DNA of 64,000 nt. It comes from Polyangiaceae bacterium. GTDB lineage: Bacteria; Myxococcota_A; Polyangia; Polyangiales; Polyangiaceae. The notes under the pieces were generated by a model, which was given only the letters and a program-made list of their open reading frames with translations, was not told where the DNA came from and did not search any database. Where the stretch lies: positions 416,001 through 480,000 of the forward strand of contig CBDCTZ010000015.1 in NCBI GenBank assembly GCA_965222375.1, written 5' to 3'. The translations under genes and the position numbers were made by a program. Of this stretch, positions 29,605 through 39,288 are shown piece after piece (positions within the stretch are counted from its first letter, which is position 1; every line of letters begins with the position of its first letter).

Positions 29605-31019
29605 CTCTTGTCGAATAGGCTGGATGCGGGTGGCTTCTTGCCGGACGGCTTGGTCGTCGGTTTGGGCGGCGTCGGCGCCTTGGGAGACTTTACGGCCAGC
29701 GCAGGCTTCTTCACCACCGCTTTGTGCGCTGTTTTCGGCGTGGCCTCCTTACCACTGGCCTCCGACGACGCGGTGGAGCTTGGCGGGGCCGCTGGAGCTC
29801 CAGACTCCGAAGGCTTGACCTTCACGTCGTCGTTCGGAGGCGGCGCAGGCTCAGCCACGGACGGCGCCTCGGGAGACGCAGCCGCCTTTCCCTCCGCGTC
29901 AGGGGTGCCTAAGCTGGCGCGAGCGACGATGAACAGCAGAACCACCACCGCGGCACTCAACCCCAACGTGGTCATGACGAAGAGGCGATTGGTCTTCTTG
30001 GCGGGCTCCAGGTCGTCCGCCGTGCGTGCGACGGGCCGATTCGTCAGGGTGCTGAGAGTGTCTAGGTCCGCCTCGGCGAGGATCGTTGGAGCTTCGGGGG
30101 CGGAAGGGATCGGCAGCGTCAACGGCGCTGCATCCGTGGCGTCGCCACTGGCGCTCCGTACAGCTTCCTGCATTTCCCGCGCGCTGGCGTAACGGTCCGC
30201 GTTGTCGAAGGATAGCGCCCGGTCGACGATTTCTACGACGCTCAGCGGGATGTTTGGATCCACTTCGGCCAGGGACGGCGCTGGTTTCGTAGCCGCAGCA
30301 ATGATCTGTTCTTGCACCGTGCCAGTCTCGTGCACGAAGCGACACGTGATCAGGTTGAACAAGGTCGCACCCAGGGCCCAGATGTCCGTGCGCTCGTTCA
30401 CCTCCGACCAACGGCCGCGGGCTTGCTCCGGGGCCATGTATGCAGGCGTGCCCATCAAGGAACCGGCCCGCGTCTGCTGACGCTCGGGTGTGATCTCTCG
30501 CAAGCGCGCGATCCCGAAGTCCAGGATCTTCAGCTCGCCACTCCGAGTCAAAAACAGGTTCTCGGGCTTGATATCCCGGTGCACGACGCCTGCGGCGTGG
30601 GCCGCAACGAGGATGGAGAGCACGTTGTCCGCAAGGGCCATCACCTCGGTCAGAGGCAGTGTGCCCCCTTTGCGCATGGCGCGGTCTTCGACGGTCTCGC
30701 CGTCGAGCAGCTCCATGACCAGGTAGGGGCAACCATCCACCGTCAGGTCATCGTCCAGTACCTTCACCGTGCCTGGATGATCCACACTGTTGGCAACGTA
30801 GCCCTCGCGAAGAAAGCGCGTCGTGACTTCCTTGTTCAGCGCAAGCTCGGGGTGCAGCAACTTGATGGCCGCGCGCGCCTGATTGCGGTGGGTGGCTTCG
30901 TAGACCGTCGCCATGCCTCCGGAACCCAAGATGCGCTCCAGCTTCCACTTTCCACGTAGCGTTGTGCCGACGAGCTCTTGGGCTCGATCGGAAATGCGGT
31001 CGGCTAATGGCAATGACAT
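29598..31019 (-). CDS. Membrane Ser/Thr protein kinase
   Basis: LGSGGMATVY, AIK, HRDIKPEN, DFG and GTPAYMAPEQ; TM helix and Pro-rich tail. Confidence 0.95.
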   Translation of the reverse strand: MSLPLADRISDRAQELVGTTLRGKWKLERILGSGGMATVYEATHRNQARAAIKLLHPELALNKEVTTRFLREGYVANSVDHPGTVKVLDDDLTVDGCPYLVMELLDGETVEDRAMRKGGTLPLTEVMALADNVLSILVAAHAAGVVHRDIKPENLFLTRSGELKILDFGIARLREITPERQQTRAGSLMGTPAYMAPEQARGRWSEVNERTDIWALGATLFNLITCRFVHETGTVQEQIIAAATKPAPSLAEVDPNIPLSVVEIVDRALSFDNADRYASAREMQEAVRSASGDATDAAPLTLPIPSAPEAPTILAEADLDTLSTLTNRPVARTADDLEPAKKTNRLFVMTTLGLSAAVVVLLFIVARASLGTPDAEGKAAASPEAPSVAEPAPPPNDDVKVKPSESGAPAAPPSSTASSEASGKEATPKTAHKAVVKKPALAVKSPKAPTPPKPTTKPSGKKPPASSLFDKRW

Positions 31020-31283
31020 GGCTAATGGACAACGCGGAAACGCGTTCCGAGCTTTCGCTGCGAATTTAATTACGTGCCTAGAATGGAATGGACCCCAGCA
31101 GAGCCGAAGTTTTGTGGGTGTTCGTGCGAAGATCAACCACAGATACACACGGCGCCAGCGTAGGAGGATCCCCTCCATGTGCGCACAGTGTCCCACTGAA
31201 TATATCCGGATCCGGGCAGGTCCATCCAATTGCGGGGGTACGATGGCGAGCAGTGCTTGCCCTGTGATGGAGGTTGAGGACGG

Positions 31284-31604
31284 ATGAAACGAGTTTCTAG
31301 GGGGTCACTCACGGCTGCGGCCGCGTCGCTGGTCGCGGCTGGCGCGTTTTGGGCGGGATACGCCGTGGCGGCGGACGCGCGCCTGGATCAGGCAGACGCC
31401 AACGCCGAAAAGGCCATCGCCTTGCTCAAGGCGGCCGAAAATGAAGGTGTCCGGCCCCCCTTTGGCGGCCACCGCGCCAAGGCGATCATGCATCTGAAGG
31501 CGGCCCGGAAGCAGATTCGCAAGGCCAAGCGCTACGCCGACAACCCCAAGAAGAAGCCCAAGAAACCCAAGAGGCCGAGACTCAAGCTGCCCAAAAAGAA
31601 GTAA
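31284..31604 (+). CDS. Small secreted basic protein
   Basis: GAGGA RBS, signal peptide (AVA-A), FGGHRAKA and Lys-rich tail. Confidence 0.7.
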   Translation: MKRVSRGSLTAAAASLVAAGAFWAGYAVAADARLDQADANAEKAIALLKAAENEGVRPPFGGHRAKAIMHLKAARKQIRKAKRYADNPKKKPKKPKRPRLKLPKKK

Positions 31605-31619
31605 CGTGGCGCTCAGCCC

Positions 31620-32741
31620 GTGGCCTTTTCTCACCGAGTTTCGCTAGCCCTCGGGAGCCTGCTGTGGTGGGTCCCCGCCTGCGCTGTGTCCTTCGACGGA
31701 TACAAGCTGGACGATAGCGGTGGGGGTAGCGGCGGAGGCGCCGGCGTAGCGGGTTCATCGGGTGCGGGCGCTTCGGGCACGGGAGCGACCGGGGGCAGTG
31801 GCGGCACATCAGGGACAGGTGCAACAGGTGGTGCCGCGGGCTCGGGTGCAGCTGGAGGGACTGGCGGCGCTGCAGGTGCCACGGGCGGCACCGCGGGAGC
31901 AAGCGGTGGCAGCGCAGGCGCGACTGGGGGCACGGGAGGCACGCCGGGAGGCACCGGCGGCGTGGGTGGTGCTACAGGCGGCACGGGTGGGGGCACTGGA
32001 GGAGCAACAGGTGGCTCCGGCGGCACGGGAGGGGCGCCGGTGCTGTCGTGTCCGAAGCTAACGGGCACCAGCGACATGGCTTTGGTCAAGGCCACGGGCG
32101 GGCCGTTTTGTATGGACGTCACGGAAGTCAGCAACGCTCAATACGGCGCGTTTCTGGCGTCGAGTCCGTCGCCCAGCTACCCGAGCGGGTGCACTAACAA
32201 CAACCTCACGCCCAGTACCGCGGGCGATTGCCCCACCTTTTCACCCAGCGGGCAACCCCTGCTGCCCGTGAGTTGCGTGGACTGGTGCGATGCCCATGCC
32301 TACTGCCAGGTCGTCGGCAAACGACTCTGTGGCAAGATCGGGGGGGGCGCCGTGTCGTCGGCCCAACTGACCAATGCGGGCCAAAGCGAGTGGTACCACG
32401 CGTGCTCCGACAACGGCGCAAACCTCTTTCCCTACGGCAGCATCTACGGGACGAAGACTTGCAACGGTTTGGACTCGAACGGCACCGGGCGCTCCGACGT
32501 CGGCTCGATGTTCTTCTGTGTGAGCAAAGCAGGTCCAATCTTCGACCTGAGCGGCAACTTGCGCGAGTGGGAGAACGGCTGCAACGGCAATAGCTGCCCA
32601 GAACGCGGGGGCGCGTATCTGGATAGCGAGAAACAGAGCAATTCGAACAACCTGACCTGCAAGTCCGACAACCTCGTCATGCGTACAGCCACCAGCAAGT
32701 TCCGTGGCTTCCGCTGCTGCGCCGATCCCGTCACGCTCTGA
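31620..32741 (+). CDS. FGE-sulfatase/SUMF1-domain lipoprotein
   Basis: FCMDVTEVSNAQY, PVSCVDWCDAHAYC..GKRLC, DLSGNLREW and GFRCC; Gly-rich linker. Confidence 0.9.
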   Translation: MAFSHRVSLALGSLLWWVPACAVSFDGYKLDDSGGGSGGGAGVAGSSGAGASGTGATGGSGGTSGTGATGGAAGSGAAGGTGGAAGATGGTAGASGGSAGATGGTGGTPGGTGGVGGATGGTGGGTGGATGGSGGTGGAPVLSCPKLTGTSDMALVKATGGPFCMDVTEVSNAQYGAFLASSPSPSYPSGCTNNNLTPSTAGDCPTFSPSGQPLLPVSCVDWCDAHAYCQVVGKRLCGKIGGGAVSSAQLTNAGQSEWYHACSDNGANLFPYGSIYGTKTCNGLDSNGTGRSDVGSMFFCVSKAGPIFDLSGNLREWENGCNGNSCPERGGAYLDSEKQSNSNNLTCKSDNLVMRTATSKFRGFRCCADPVTL

Positions 32742-32872
32742 CTTCCCACACAGATTCTGAGCACATCTTACGCGACCAACCGAGTCCGCGACGTGTCAGC
32801 GCGCGCAGAATGCAGCGAGCTGTGGGCGATCGCGCGGGAGGGTCACTGCAGCGTCCGCTCAGGGCTGGAGGG

Positions 32873-32931
32873 CAGCTCTGTTGCAGACCAACCCCTCCTC
32901 CTGATCTTGTTTTTGGATAGCAACAGAGCTG
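32873..32931. repeat. 12-bp perfect inverted repeat (MITE-like)
   Basis: CAGCTCTGTTGC...GCAACAGAGCTG. Confidence 0.6.
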
Positions 32932-33065
32932 TGCTTTCATCTCGCAGCCCCGTCGCGAGAGCTCTCGCATGTGAGAGCGCGCGGTGCGCCATTGCGGGGG
33001 TGGATCCCTCAGCTGGATTCAGTGTTGCGCTGGCAACTCTGAATCCGAGTCGTTGGGCGGGTCAC

Positions 33066-33153
33066 GCAGCATCGCGCCGACTGCGCCGCGCACCCCCGCA
33101 CTGGCGAGGCAGCATCGCACCGACTGCGCCGCGCTCCCCCGCACTGGCGAGGC
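33066..33153. repeat. 43-bp tandem repeat x2
   Basis: GCAGCATCGC(G/A)CCGACTGCGCCGCGC(A/T)CCCCCGCACTGGCGAG at 33066 and 33109. Confidence 0.85.
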
Positions 33154-33204
33154 GAAATCGCCACAGACGTGCAGCGAGGGGTAGCATCCGATACACTCGG
33201 ATCA

Positions 33205-34449
33205 GTGGCGCGACTCCGCTGGCTCTTGCTTTTGTTTGGTGTATTTTCTTGCGGCGGCCCCAACCTCGGGTCGACCGGTGCACTGTCACCACAGGTCCCC
33301 GAAACCGAGGGCAAGAAGTGCAAGATTGCTTCCAACGTGCTCAACCCCTTGGTCACGGAGTGGCCCGCGTCCGAAAAAGCGCGCCTGGAGGCCCTGACAG
33401 CCCGAGGCGTGGTCGCTGTCGAATATGGCGGCTGCGAGATGCGCATCGTCGATCGCTGCCAACCCCAGGGCGGCTATTCGTGGAAGCGCACCACGCTCGC
33501 CACCGACACCATCGAAATTGGGGACGCCGACGAGCTGTACGCAAAGCTCCCGCTCGGTGCGGTCAGCCTCGAAGGCCAGCTGGCGCGTTCCGGTCGACTG
33601 GCGGTGAGAACCACCGTGGCCGGGCAGCTCGAGGCCGGCCAGCTACCCGCTGCGGCGCCTACGTCGGCGGAATGTGCCACCGTCACTCACTTCATCAAGG
33701 CGATCAGCGTCGGCAGCTTCCGACTCGTTTCCGGAGGCAAGCTGCAAGCTGGAGCCGACGCCACTTTTGTGGGCGGCAAAGTGAAACGGGAGGAGTCGCT
33801 GCTGCGCGAGGCGGGCAACCCCGAGAGCTGCGAGGCTTCCACCGAAGAAGCGCCAGACGGTCAATGCGCCTCACCGATTCAGGTCTTCCTGGCGCCTGCC
33901 AAAGCGGCAGCAGGCACGCCGGGGGCCCTGGCCCTTTCCAACGAACGCAGCGCGCTGCCTCCGGACAGCGTGAATGTCACGTTTCCCGAGCGCAAGGGTG
34001 AGCATTGGTCGGTGTTCGACGTGCGCGACAACCGACTCTGCACGACGCCATGCGCCCGCTGGGTTCCACCTGCCAGCGGTGTGTACCTGTTGCGCCACAA
34101 GGACAAAGCCCGCGTCGAGGTGCCGGCGCGCCTGGACGACCCCCCGGGCAGCTACGTGAGTGCCGAATACAAGCCCGACCGGGGTGCGCCGCTATGGGCC
34201 ACGATCACGTTTTACGGACTGGGAGTTCCTGCGGCCATTGGCGGCACGGTCACCGGAGTCTTGGCCATCACGGACGATGAGAATCGAGGCTTCTTCATCG
34301 GCGCGAGCGTGCTGTACCTCAGCATCTCGCTGGCCACCGCTGGTTGGTACTTCCTGGGCTCCGATTGGGAGCATTTCGAGACCGCTCCCGTGTCTGGCGC
34401 TGGGCCGGGAGCTCACCACCGCGACCCCACCTTTGGCGGCCGCTTCTAG
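33205..34449 (+). CDS. Hypothetical lipoprotein with C-terminal TM helices
   Basis: VARLRWLLLLFGVFSC lipobox, Cys-containing domain and two C-terminal hydrophobic segments. Confidence 0.7.
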   Translation: MARLRWLLLLFGVFSCGGPNLGSTGALSPQVPETEGKKCKIASNVLNPLVTEWPASEKARLEALTARGVVAVEYGGCEMRIVDRCQPQGGYSWKRTTLATDTIEIGDADELYAKLPLGAVSLEGQLARSGRLAVRTTVAGQLEAGQLPAAAPTSAECATVTHFIKAISVGSFRLVSGGKLQAGADATFVGGKVKREESLLREAGNPESCEASTEEAPDGQCASPIQVFLAPAKAAAGTPGALALSNERSALPPDSVNVTFPERKGEHWSVFDVRDNRLCTTPCARWVPPASGVYLLRHKDKARVEVPARLDDPPGSYVSAEYKPDRGAPLWATITFYGLGVPAAIGGTVTGVLAITDDENRGFFIGASVLYLSISLATAGWYFLGSDWEHFETAPVSGAGPGAHHRDPTFGGRF

Positions 34450-34459
34450 CCCCGCGACC

Positions 34460-35833
34460 TCAAGTGTTGCGAGCAGCCGCGGCCAGGGCCGAAAGCGCAG
34501 CCCGAGCCTTGTTCCAAGTCTCTTTGGCTTCCAAAGCTGGCACGCTGTCCGCGACCAAGCCCGCGCCCGCGGATACTTCGAAGCGGCCAGCATGAAGGAC
34601 GGCAGTGCGGATCGCGATCGCAAAATCCATGTCGCCGTCCCGAGTCACATAGCCCACGGCACCGCCGTAGACGCCCCGGGGCTGCCCCTCGAGCTCGGAG
34701 ATGATCTGCATCGCACGCACCTTCGGCGCTCCGGTCAGCGTTCCCGCAGGAAAGGTCGCGCGCAGGACGTCCCAAGGCGAAAGGCGCTCTTTGAGCAGAC
34801 CCGTCACCTCGCTGACGATGTGCATCACGTGACTGAAACGCTCGACCACCATGCGTTTCGGCAGCTCGACGGATCCCGTTTTCGCAATTCGCCCCACGTC
34901 GTTGCGCGCCAGATCCATGAGCATCACATGCTCGGCGCATTCCTTGGGATCCGCTAGCATCTCCTTGGCAAGGGCCTCGTCCTCCTCCGGGCTTTGGCCT
35001 CGATGCCGGGTGCCCGCAATCGGCCTCAGAGTCACGCGGCCCTCCTCCAAGCGCACCAAGGTCTCCGGGCTGGCGCCGGCCACGGCTAGGGGCCCGAGGT
35101 CATCGCGCGCAGGCAGCTCCAGCAGATACATATAGGGCGCGGGAGAAAGTACTCGTAGCGCCCGATACACATCGAAGGGGCTCACGCCGCCCGCGGGCAC
35201 TGAGAACTTCCGCGCTCCCACGACTTGAAACGCGTCACCGGCCAGGATGTGCTCCTTGGCTCGCCGCACCATCTTTTCGTAGTCCGCGTCCGAGCAGCTG
35301 ATCGCGACATCTGGCGGCAGCGCGCTCGGATCCGGCGGTGGCAGCGGGGCGAGGGCTCGCGCCGAGGTCAGATGCGCCTCGGCCCGGTCCAGCTCCGCCG
35401 GATCTGCTGACGCCAGGGTGGCGGTGTGGGTCAGGTTGTCGAAAACGATCACCGCCGCGTCGGACAGGAATCGCGCGATGGGTGCGCCCTGAGTCTGCGG
35501 AAACGCCGGAACCTTGGTGGCATAGCTGACCGCATCGTAGACGACGGTGCCAACGTGGGCCTGAGCGAAGCGGCTCGCCACGCTGGCACAACGCGGTTCC
35601 TTCGACGCGAGGGCCTCGGCGAGCCGAGTGAATGGGTCGAGGCCCGCCTGGCCAGGCACCGTCGTCTCCTCGCGAGGTCGATAGCCCAAGATAGAGTAAC
35701 GACCCCAACGCTCTCCAGGTACGACACTCTCGAGCAAGAAAGAGCCGAGCCCGGCGTCTCTTCGGAGAGCCGCATACGCGCCCACTGGAGTGACGCCATC
35801 GACGACGAGGGTCTTTTCTAGGATCCCAGCCAC
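34460..35833 (-). CDS. trpE: Anthranilate synthase component I / chorismate-binding protein
   Basis: SFLLESV..GRYS, GDAFQVV, ASPETLV, PIAGT, AEHVMLMDLARND, FPAGTLTGAPK and AGAGLVADS. Confidence 0.85.
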   Translation of the reverse strand: MAGILEKTLVVDGVTPVGAYAALRRDAGLGSFLLESVVPGERWGRYSILGYRPREETTVPGQAGLDPFTRLAEALASKEPRCASVASRFAQAHVGTVVYDAVSYATKVPAFPQTQGAPIARFLSDAAVIVFDNLTHTATLASADPAELDRAEAHLTSARALAPLPPPDPSALPPDVAISCSDADYEKMVRRAKEHILAGDAFQVVGARKFSVPAGGVSPFDVYRALRVLSPAPYMYLLELPARDDLGPLAVAGASPETLVRLEEGRVTLRPIAGTRHRGQSPEEDEALAKEMLADPKECAEHVMLMDLARNDVGRIAKTGSVELPKRMVVERFSHVMHIVSEVTGLLKERLSPWDVLRATFPAGTLTGAPKVRAMQIISELEGQPRGVYGGAVGYVTRDGDMDFAIAIRTAVLHAGRFEVSAGAGLVADSVPALEAKETWNKARAALSALAAAARNT

Positions 35834-35916
35834 GCGTTGATTCTGTTTAGCACGCGCGGCTGCAACGCTCTGGCGAAACGTTGGCAGCCCACTGCGCCAA
35901 CGCTAGGATTAGCGGT

Positions 35917-36414
35917 ATGCGGAGGCAGTTGTGCATTGCGATCGCCCTCGCCTGCGCCGTTTCAGGCTGCCGCCGCGTGAGCGAGCGCACCTTGATGGAC
36001 ACGGAGGGACGCACCTTTACCGCCAAATGCGATCGCCAGGGCAAGTGTGATTTTGAACGCAAAAAGGCGGATAGCGTCACAGCTGACAAGTCCGGCGTCG
36101 TGTTGCACGCGCCAGGGCGCTTCGTGTCCATTTGCGACGCTACCGGCGCCGCGCCCGCGGAGATCACGGATTGCCGAATCCTGGTCTGCGGCAAGGACGA
36201 CGAGTGCCCACCCAAGCATGGGTTGCCCCACGGCACCTGCGTCAACGGCCTGTGTACGGAGCCAGCCAACGCAGTGGGGCAAGACGACGTCATTCTACTG
36301 TGTATGTCGGGAACTGGGTTGGGGCGTTCGAGCCCGACCCAAGCAGATCGCTTTGCCCTCGCCAAGAACTGCGGAACGCCCTGCGTCGTCCCAACGCCCT
36401 GCAGAAAGCCGTAG
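35917..36414 (+). CDS. Cys-rich lipoprotein
   Basis: MRRQLCIAIALACAVSGC lipobox and many Cys residues. Confidence 0.7.
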   Translation: MRRQLCIAIALACAVSGCRRVSERTLMDTEGRTFTAKCDRQGKCDFERKKADSVTADKSGVVLHAPGRFVSICDATGAAPAEITDCRILVCGKDDECPPKHGLPHGTCVNGLCTEPANAVGQDDVILLCMSGTGLGRSSPTQADRFALAKNCGTPCVVPTPCRKP

Positions 36415-36464
36415 AAGCGCCCGGCCGCTTGCCAGCGCGGCCCGCCTGCGCAATAGCCACGCCC

Positions 36465-37988
36465 ATGGCGAGTCGAGGCATTCTTCGGCCAAGCGCGGTC
36501 CTGGCCACCTATGTAGAAGGCCTGGTGGAAGGGCGTCGCGTGGTCATCTTCGGTGACTCCACCAGTGGCTTGGCCGAGCTGCTGGTCGATCGCGGCGCGC
36601 GCATCGTGCACGTCTACGATCCGGATCCGACGCGGGTCGCCGAGGCGACAGTCCGAAACACATCCCGCAGCATCTCCCATGCGCCACTGCCACCCTCCGG
36701 CCTTGCCGCCCGCGACGGTGCTTTCGAACTCGGCATCGTGGACGATCTGAACGGTGCGGGCCCGGCCCACTCCATCGTGAACCGCATGCGCCGCGCCCTG
36801 GGTCCCCGGGGCATCGCGCTGGTCGCGATTCCGAACCCCAATGTGCAACGCCAGCTCTTGACGGTTTCCGTGCCGTCGGAAGGCGCCCTCGACTACTACG
36901 AACTCTACGACACCCTGAAGGGCGAGTTTTCCCACGTGCGCATGCTCGGTCAGGCGCCCTTCGTGGGCTACGCGGTGGTCGACTTCGCCTCCGGTAGCCC
37001 TGACCCCAGCCTGGACACCAGTCTCGTTCCGGGTGGCGCCGAGGAGCCCGAGTGGTTCATTGGCGTTGCTAGCGACCTCGCTCTTTCGCTGGACGAGTTT
37101 TCGGTGGTGCAGCTTTCTCTGTCGGAGGCTTGGCCCGCCAGTGCGGGGCAGGCGGTCGCGGACACGCGCTCGGAACGCATCGTCGCGCGGCTGCAAGCCG
37201 AAACCGAGCGTTTGCGCCGACAGCTCGATGTGGAAAAGCAGTCGGATTCGGAAGCCGAAAGCTTGCGCAGAAAGCTCTCGGACCAGGACAAGTGGATTCG
37301 CGAGCTGGAATCCCGCATCAACGTCGCCGACGAGCGCGCCGATGATGCTCAAATGGAGCTGGATGCGCTGCGCAACGCAAAGCCCCTGCCAGCACCCGCC
37401 CAGCCCGAATCGCCCGTCGCTGATCGACGAGTGGGCCAACTGGAGGAAGAGAACGCTCGACTGCAGTCCGAGTTGGACAAGGCGGAAGCGGCATCGCGAG
37501 AGTACGGCACGCAGCTGGATGCCACGAGCACCAAGTTGGATTCAGCCCTCAGCAAGCTAGACGCGACGACTGCGAAACTGCGAGCGGCGGAAGCGGCGCA
37601 GCGAGCCGTGGAATCTGGTGGTAGCGATCACGAACAAGACGTGGCGCGCCTCGAGCACCAGCTCAGCGAGCGGGGCGGTGAGATCCGACGCCTGCAACGC
37701 GATCTCACCACCCTGGAGCGCCTAGGACGGGAACTGCTCAGCGATCTGGAAGAGCGTGGTCAATCCGGGCCGGATGGGGATGCCCTCAAGACTCAGTTGG
37801 ATGCGTTGGCCCACTCCAATGCACAGCGCGAAGCAGACCTGGAAGCCGCGCGCTGGACGATTGCTGCCCTAGAGGGTCAGCTGTCCGGGACAGGAGTCAG
37901 CGCAACCGTTGAACTTCAAGAAGCTCGCGCCGAACTATCTCGGCAGGCTACTCTGATCGCTCAGCTCAAAGCACACGGCTCCGCTTGA
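36465..37988 (+). CDS. Degenerate methyltransferase-like N-domain plus long coiled coil
   Basis: GRRVVIFGD, RDGAFELGIV and LGPRGIALVAIPN; heptad-rich C-terminal half. Confidence 0.65.
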   Translation: MASRGILRPSAVLATYVEGLVEGRRVVIFGDSTSGLAELLVDRGARIVHVYDPDPTRVAEATVRNTSRSISHAPLPPSGLAARDGAFELGIVDDLNGAGPAHSIVNRMRRALGPRGIALVAIPNPNVQRQLLTVSVPSEGALDYYELYDTLKGEFSHVRMLGQAPFVGYAVVDFASGSPDPSLDTSLVPGGAEEPEWFIGVASDLALSLDEFSVVQLSLSEAWPASAGQAVADTRSERIVARLQAETERLRRQLDVEKQSDSEAESLRRKLSDQDKWIRELESRINVADERADDAQMELDALRNAKPLPAPAQPESPVADRRVGQLEEENARLQSELDKAEAASREYGTQLDATSTKLDSALSKLDATTAKLRAAEAAQRAVESGGSDHEQDVARLEHQLSERGGEIRRLQRDLTTLERLGRELLSDLEERGQSGPDGDALKTQLDALAHSNAQREADLEAARWTIAALEGQLSGTGVSATVELQEARAELSRQATLIAQLKAHGSA

Positions 37989-37997
37989 GCGGTAAAG

Positions 37998-38025
37998 TTG
38001 ACACCAGTGAACGCGAACTTAAGCT
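37998..38025 (+). promoter_or_regulatory. Possible sigma70-type promoter of dnaJ
   Basis: TTGACA-N16-TAAGCT. Confidence 0.4.
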
Positions 38026-38062
38026 GTCAGATTAGGTTGTCTCTACTCTGCAGCGGCTGCCC

Positions 38063-39169
38063 ATGACGGAAAAACGCGACTATTATGAGGTTTTGGGCGT
38101 GAGCCGAGAGACCTCCGCGGACGACATCCGCAAGGCCTATCGCCAGGCGGCGCTCAAGTATCATCCGGATCGCAACCCCGGGGACGCGGAGGCCGAGGGC
38201 AAGTTCAAGGAGGCAACGGAGGCCTACAGCGTGCTCTCGGACGCAGAGAAGCGCCAAGCCTACGACCGCTTTGGCCACGCGGGTGTCGGCGGCGGCTTCG
38301 ATTTTTCTGGCGCGGGCATGGGAGACATCCTGAGTCAGTTCCAGGACCTGTTCTCGGACTTCTTCGGCAACATGGGAGGCGGTGGTTTCGGATTCGGCGG
38401 CGGGCGGCGACGTTCAGCTCCACCCCGGGGGCAAGACGTGCGGGTGGACGCGACGATCTTGCTCAAGGAGTCCATCGCCGGAACCAAGAAGGAAGTGCGC
38501 GTGCGGGGCGCGGCACCCTGCGACGACTGCTCGGGCTCGGGAGCCAAACCTGGCACAGAACCCGAACGCTGTAGCCAATGCAACGGCTCCGGACAGGCCA
38601 CGACCCAGCGCGGCTTCATCATGTTCGCCACGACCTGTCCCAGCTGCCGTGGGGCCGGCAAGACGGTCAAGGACCCCTGCGTGTCCTGTTCTGGTCTCGG
38701 CCAGGTAGAGCGGGAGCGCAAAGTACTGGTCACGTTCCCCGCGGGCATCGATTCAGACCAGCGCTTGCGCGTCCCCGGTCAGGGCATGCCTGGGCCGAGT
38801 GGAGCGCCCGCGGGCGACTTGTACGTGGATGTCACGCTGCAGGACGACCCCCGATTCCAGCGCGAGGGTTATGATCTCATTACTCGCAAAGAGGTGTCCT
38901 ACCCTGAAGCTGCCTTGGGCGCCGAACTCGACGTCGAGCTGCCCGACGACAGCGTGGTGAGCGTAGATGTGCCCCAAGGCACCCAGCCGAACACGGTACT
39001 TTCCCTACGCGGGCGCGGCGTTCCCAGCCTGGACGGCCGCGGCACGGGAGATCTGCATGTGGTCATCGAAGTTGCCGTGCCCAAGAAGCTCTCCAAGCGC
39101 GCCAAAGACCTGCTCGCAGAGTTGGAGTCGGAGCTCACCGCCAAGCAGAGGCGCAAGAAGACCGGCTGA
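38063..39169 (+). CDS. dnaJ: Molecular chaperone DnaJ
   Basis: [14 protein letters not shown] region and four CxxCxGxG repeats. Confidence 0.97.
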   Translation: MTEKRDYYEVLGVSRETSADDIRKAYRQAALKYHPDRNPGDAEAEGKFKEATEAYSVLSDAEKRQAYDRFGHAGVGGGFDFSGAGMGDILSQFQDLFSDFFGNMGGGGFGFGGGRRRSAPPRGQDVRVDATILLKESIAGTKKEVRVRGAAPCDDCSGSGAKPGTEPERCSQCNGSGQATTQRGFIMFATTCPSCRGAGKTVKDPCVSCSGLGQVERERKVLVTFPAGIDSDQRLRVPGQGMPGPSGAPAGDLYVDVTLQDDPRFQREGYDLITRKEVSYPEAALGAELDVELPDDSVVSVDVPQGTQPNTVLSLRGRGVPSLDGRGTGDLHVVIEVAVPKKLSKRAKDLLAELESELTAKQRRKKTG

Positions 39170-39170
39170 C

Positions 39171-39208
39171 CGCCGGTGAAAGCCGCAGCGTGGGCTTTTT
39201 CAGCGGCG
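39171..39208. terminator. Possible terminator hairpin between convergent genes
   Basis: Imperfect IR CGCCGGTGAAAGCC...GGCTTTTTCAGCGGCG. Confidence 0.35.
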
Positions 39209-39288
39209 CTTCGAGCGCAAGCCGGCTCGCGTCAAGCGGACGGCAACTAGATGCCACGGGCGCGCGCAGCGCGGTCGAGCTTTCGCCC

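Noticed and set aside
31720..32040. Gly/Thr/Ala low-complexity repeats in lipoproteins
   Set aside because: Ordinary flexible linkers, common in this type of genome.
33066..33153. CRISPR array (also considered for 51893-51967 and 16936-17030)
   Set aside because: These are contiguous tandem copies without unique spacers, or IS21 subterminal repeats; no cas genes.
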